From NCBI GenBank assembly GCA_040285855.1, contig JAUFOQ010000002.1, positions 930,001 through 994,000 of the forward strand: a stretch of 64,000 nucleotides of DNA. Reading direction: 5' to 3'. The position numbers and the translations under genes are program-made. The notes under the pieces are model-generated. The model worked only from the letters and a program-made list of their open reading frames with translations, was not told the DNA's origin and searched no databases. This document shows positions 61,210 through 64,000 of the stretch, in pieces (position 1 is the first letter of the stretch; each line of letters opens with the position of its first letter). Origin of the DNA: Eukaryota sp. GEM-RC1. Taxonomy: Eukaryota.

Positions 61210-62093
61210 CAGTAAACTCTCTCTAATTGCAACCTCTCTAATTGAAAACTCTCTGAAATTGCAACAAAAACCCATGCCACCGAGTAAAACAATACCAAAT
61301 TGAAAATTGAAACACCTTTTGAGACCTAATTGAAACATTGAAGTCAACGTTATGCTGTATTCTGGTTGTCGCATCTATAGCTAGCTGCTATATATTGATG
61401 TTAGTGTGAAGAAAGAGGAAGACGTTGTTGTTTTTCATAAATCCTGCAGTACTCTTCTGGTTTTTCCCATCATCAACTTCAATATACCGTACACAGGACT
61501 GAACATCAACCAAAAGTCAAATACAAAAGCATGCTCGTCAATATTTTGAAAATGATGAAAATACAGAAACTGTAACTGCAGAACCTTTCCTCAAAGAAAG
61601 AACTGAATCATTGTTTAAGAATTTTGTCCAATTGTGTTCAAATTCATTACAGTAGTTTAATGGCTTACTGCTCTAAATCATGTGATGATAGATCTTCCAG
61701 CAGTGCTGGGGAAAAGAGGGAGAAACATTGGTTCTTTTTTTGTCACCCTTACGAAATATTAATGAAACACTTTCTACTGTATGTACCATTGTATAAAGAG
61801 TACTGTCGATATGAAGTAAAAGTCTTTTTTTAAAAAGCGAGATGATTAATTTGAGTCAACCTAATAACATTTGTTTTAGTCCGAGCATTCATGGTACATG
61901 TAGTTGTTTTGTGGATCAGACTTGTTAACTTGCTCTTGCACACTAATTAATAACAGATTTGGTGTTCTGGAGTAAATGTGGATGTTGTATTTAGTTTAGG
62001 GTAGATTTATAGGAACTCTCTGTAATTGAAATCTCTCTGTAATTGAAACGAAACTCCTTTCACCAAGTCGTTTCAATTAGAGAGAGTTTACTG
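61210..62093. mobile_element. Non-autonomous pogo-type element
   Basis: TIR CAGTAAACTCTCTCTAATTG; TA flanks; repeated CTCTCT.TAATTGAAA. Confidence 0.92.
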
Positions 62094-62198
62094 TACCAGT
62101 ACATCAAGTGTACGCATTTTGGATCTTGACGACTCACGCATATTCGATTTAGAGATTTTCTTCAAAGTCATTTTGGATACTTTAGAAGCACTTTGGGG

Positions 62199-63082
62199 CA
62201 GTGAACGCTAACACGTAACACGACCTGACACGTAACACGCGTGTTAACACGTGTTAGGAATTTTGGCTGATTTCTAACCAGGCTTGTAAAAAACGTTGCT
62301 CAAAAATAAAAAACGACGTTTTTTACGTTTTTTACGTTTTTTCGAATTTAGTAAAAAACGTTCAAAAAGGGCAGGTCAACTTTTTCAACTTTTCACTGTT
62401 TTCTCACTTCATTTTCATCAACCAAATCTTTCATAGTTCGGTCATTGCAGCTATGTTCTTTTGAGATTGGAAGAAGAACACCATGGAGATGAAGTATAGT
62501 GCTCATCTGCCGATGATGACGTGGTCAGGACGGGAAGATAACCAGATATGTGCAACAAGAACACTGTTCGAGTGTACCTGAAGGTGGTTTCACTCAGATA
62601 CATAACCAAAGAGTATATACTGTACCAGTAATAGTGACACCAACAAATGCCCTTGCCTTGTTTCTGTCTTGCTTGGTCAGAAACAACTCACCTGAAAGAA
62701 CACATGACATAATAAGACAAAAGTGGAGTAGAAAGTCGTTCTTTTGTGTCACTCCAGAATATAAAAAACTTTGACGATAATAAAAAACGTCGTTTTTTTC
62801 AAAATACGTTTTAAACGTTTTTTATCAACTGACAAGCCTGTTTCTAACACGCAAATTACGGTTACTACATCTTTTTCGGTCTGAATGATGTGAAAATGCA
62901 TGTTGCTGCTAAAAGAATGAAAGACGCCGTTTTAGAAGTCCCCTACAGTGATGTAGAGTACCGTAGGGAAAAATGTGTAGAAGAAACGAGCTGTTTATCG
63001 TTGAACTAGAAACCGTAACACGTCCTAACATGTAACACGCGTGTTAACACGTGTTAGCACGTGTTAGATTCGATTTTGAACG
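62199..63082. mobile_element. MITE family A, copy 2 (opposite orientation to copy 1; distal TIR missing)
   Basis: Starts CAGTGAACGCTAACACG and aligns with the reverse complement of 43931-44842; similarity stops at ...GATTTTGAACG. Confidence 0.9.
62279..62840. mobile_element. MITE family B, copy 2
   Basis: TIR CAGGCTTGT/ACAAGCCTG; perfect 8-bp TSD TTTCTAAC (62271-62278 and 62841-62848). Confidence 0.92.
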
Positions 63083-63124
63083 ATTTTTTAATTACTTTTC
63101 GGAATTAGGTAGTTCGTTTGATAA

Positions 63125-64000
63125 TTTGAACTATTCGGCACTCATGAAGACAACTTCCGCAAACTTCCTGCTTACTTAAACAAACTTTTGGACCTTAATC
63201 CTGGAACTAATGTAAAATTGGAGCTAAATGATGGGCAATTTCATCGACTGTTTGTCGCTTTACACAGTTGTATCAGAGGCTTTGAATATTGCAGACCTCT
63301 GGTGCAAATCGATGGTACTCATTTGCACAACAAATACAGGCAAGTGATGTTGACTTCTACCACGGTTGATGCTCAAGGTCAACTGTTCCCTTTGGGATTT
63401 GCTGTTGTTTCTGGTGAAAACTTGGATAATTGGCGCTGGTTTTTACAGCAATTTAAAGATTCTTTTGGAAATAATGTGTCAACTTTCATTAGTGACAGAG
63501 AAAAGGGGTTATTGGAGGCTGTGCGTCAGGTGTATCCTGAATCAAATCATTCTTACTGTCTTCGACATTTAACTAAGAACGTGGGAGCTCGCTTTACATC
63601 ACTTGTTTGGAAAGCTGCTAGAGCTCAAAATGTTGAAGATTTAAATGCAGCACTTGCTGAAATTCGTATGAATTCAACAAAAGCATATGATAAACTTGTA
63701 TTGGCTGGGCTAGAACATTGGACCACGGTACACTTTCCTGGATTAAGATACGGACATTTAACATCGAATGCGATTGAAAGTTTGAATGCATGGTTCCTCG
63801 GTATCAGAGGGTTACCTGTAGTGCGTATGATTAATGCTATTGTTGACAAATTGTCTGTGTGGTATGAGAAACGATTGATTGAAGCAAATGATATGAATAA
63901 CATCATCTGTGACAATGTGTGGAATCGAATTAAGCCAGAATTATACCAGGCTAAAAGCCTGACTACTGTTGTTGTCAAAAAGGGAAAAGATGTACTGGTG
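63125..64000 (+). mobile_element. MuDR-type Mutator transposase, 5'-truncated, open to the window end (absent from the ORF track)
   Basis: Hand translation: RPLVQIDGTHLHNKY...VDAQGQLFPLGFAVV..EN..NW.WF...FISDREKGL...YCLRH...YGHLTSNAIESLN. Confidence 0.92.

Overview
Gene-dense eukaryotic DNA, almost free of introns, from a flagellated unicellular organism (CFAP44, BBS9). The short introns with a branch point fixed near the 3' end are reminiscent of metamonads, but the taxon cannot be established from this window. It holds about 22 host protein genes: Ras-family GTPase, GT49, RER1, AP-3 beta, Nup98, CFAP44, a USP, a large beta-helix/Cys-rich multi-TM protein, calmodulin-like, BBS9, cathepsin B-like, IPT/TIG surface protein, Trk, SSRP1/Pob3, SLC35F, coronin, SS18-like, DnaJ, TRIC-like, HAUS5-like, MKT1-like and one hypothetical. 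There is also one tRNA-Arg(ACG) and a rich set of transposons (pogo, Mutator, hAT-type MITEs, CRE-like retroelement fragments). Many genes are split by single-base indels in homopolymer runs, most likely consensus errors. The most notable observation is a previously unannotated-looking minus-strand snoRNA host gene at about 23.8-24.3 kb. Its two 141-142 nt introns are near-identical and each carries a box C/D snoRNA with a SNORD74/snR64-type guide, whereas ordinary introns here are 28-35 nt. A second highlight is one hAT-type MITE family that has inserted twice, independently, into copies of another MITE family.
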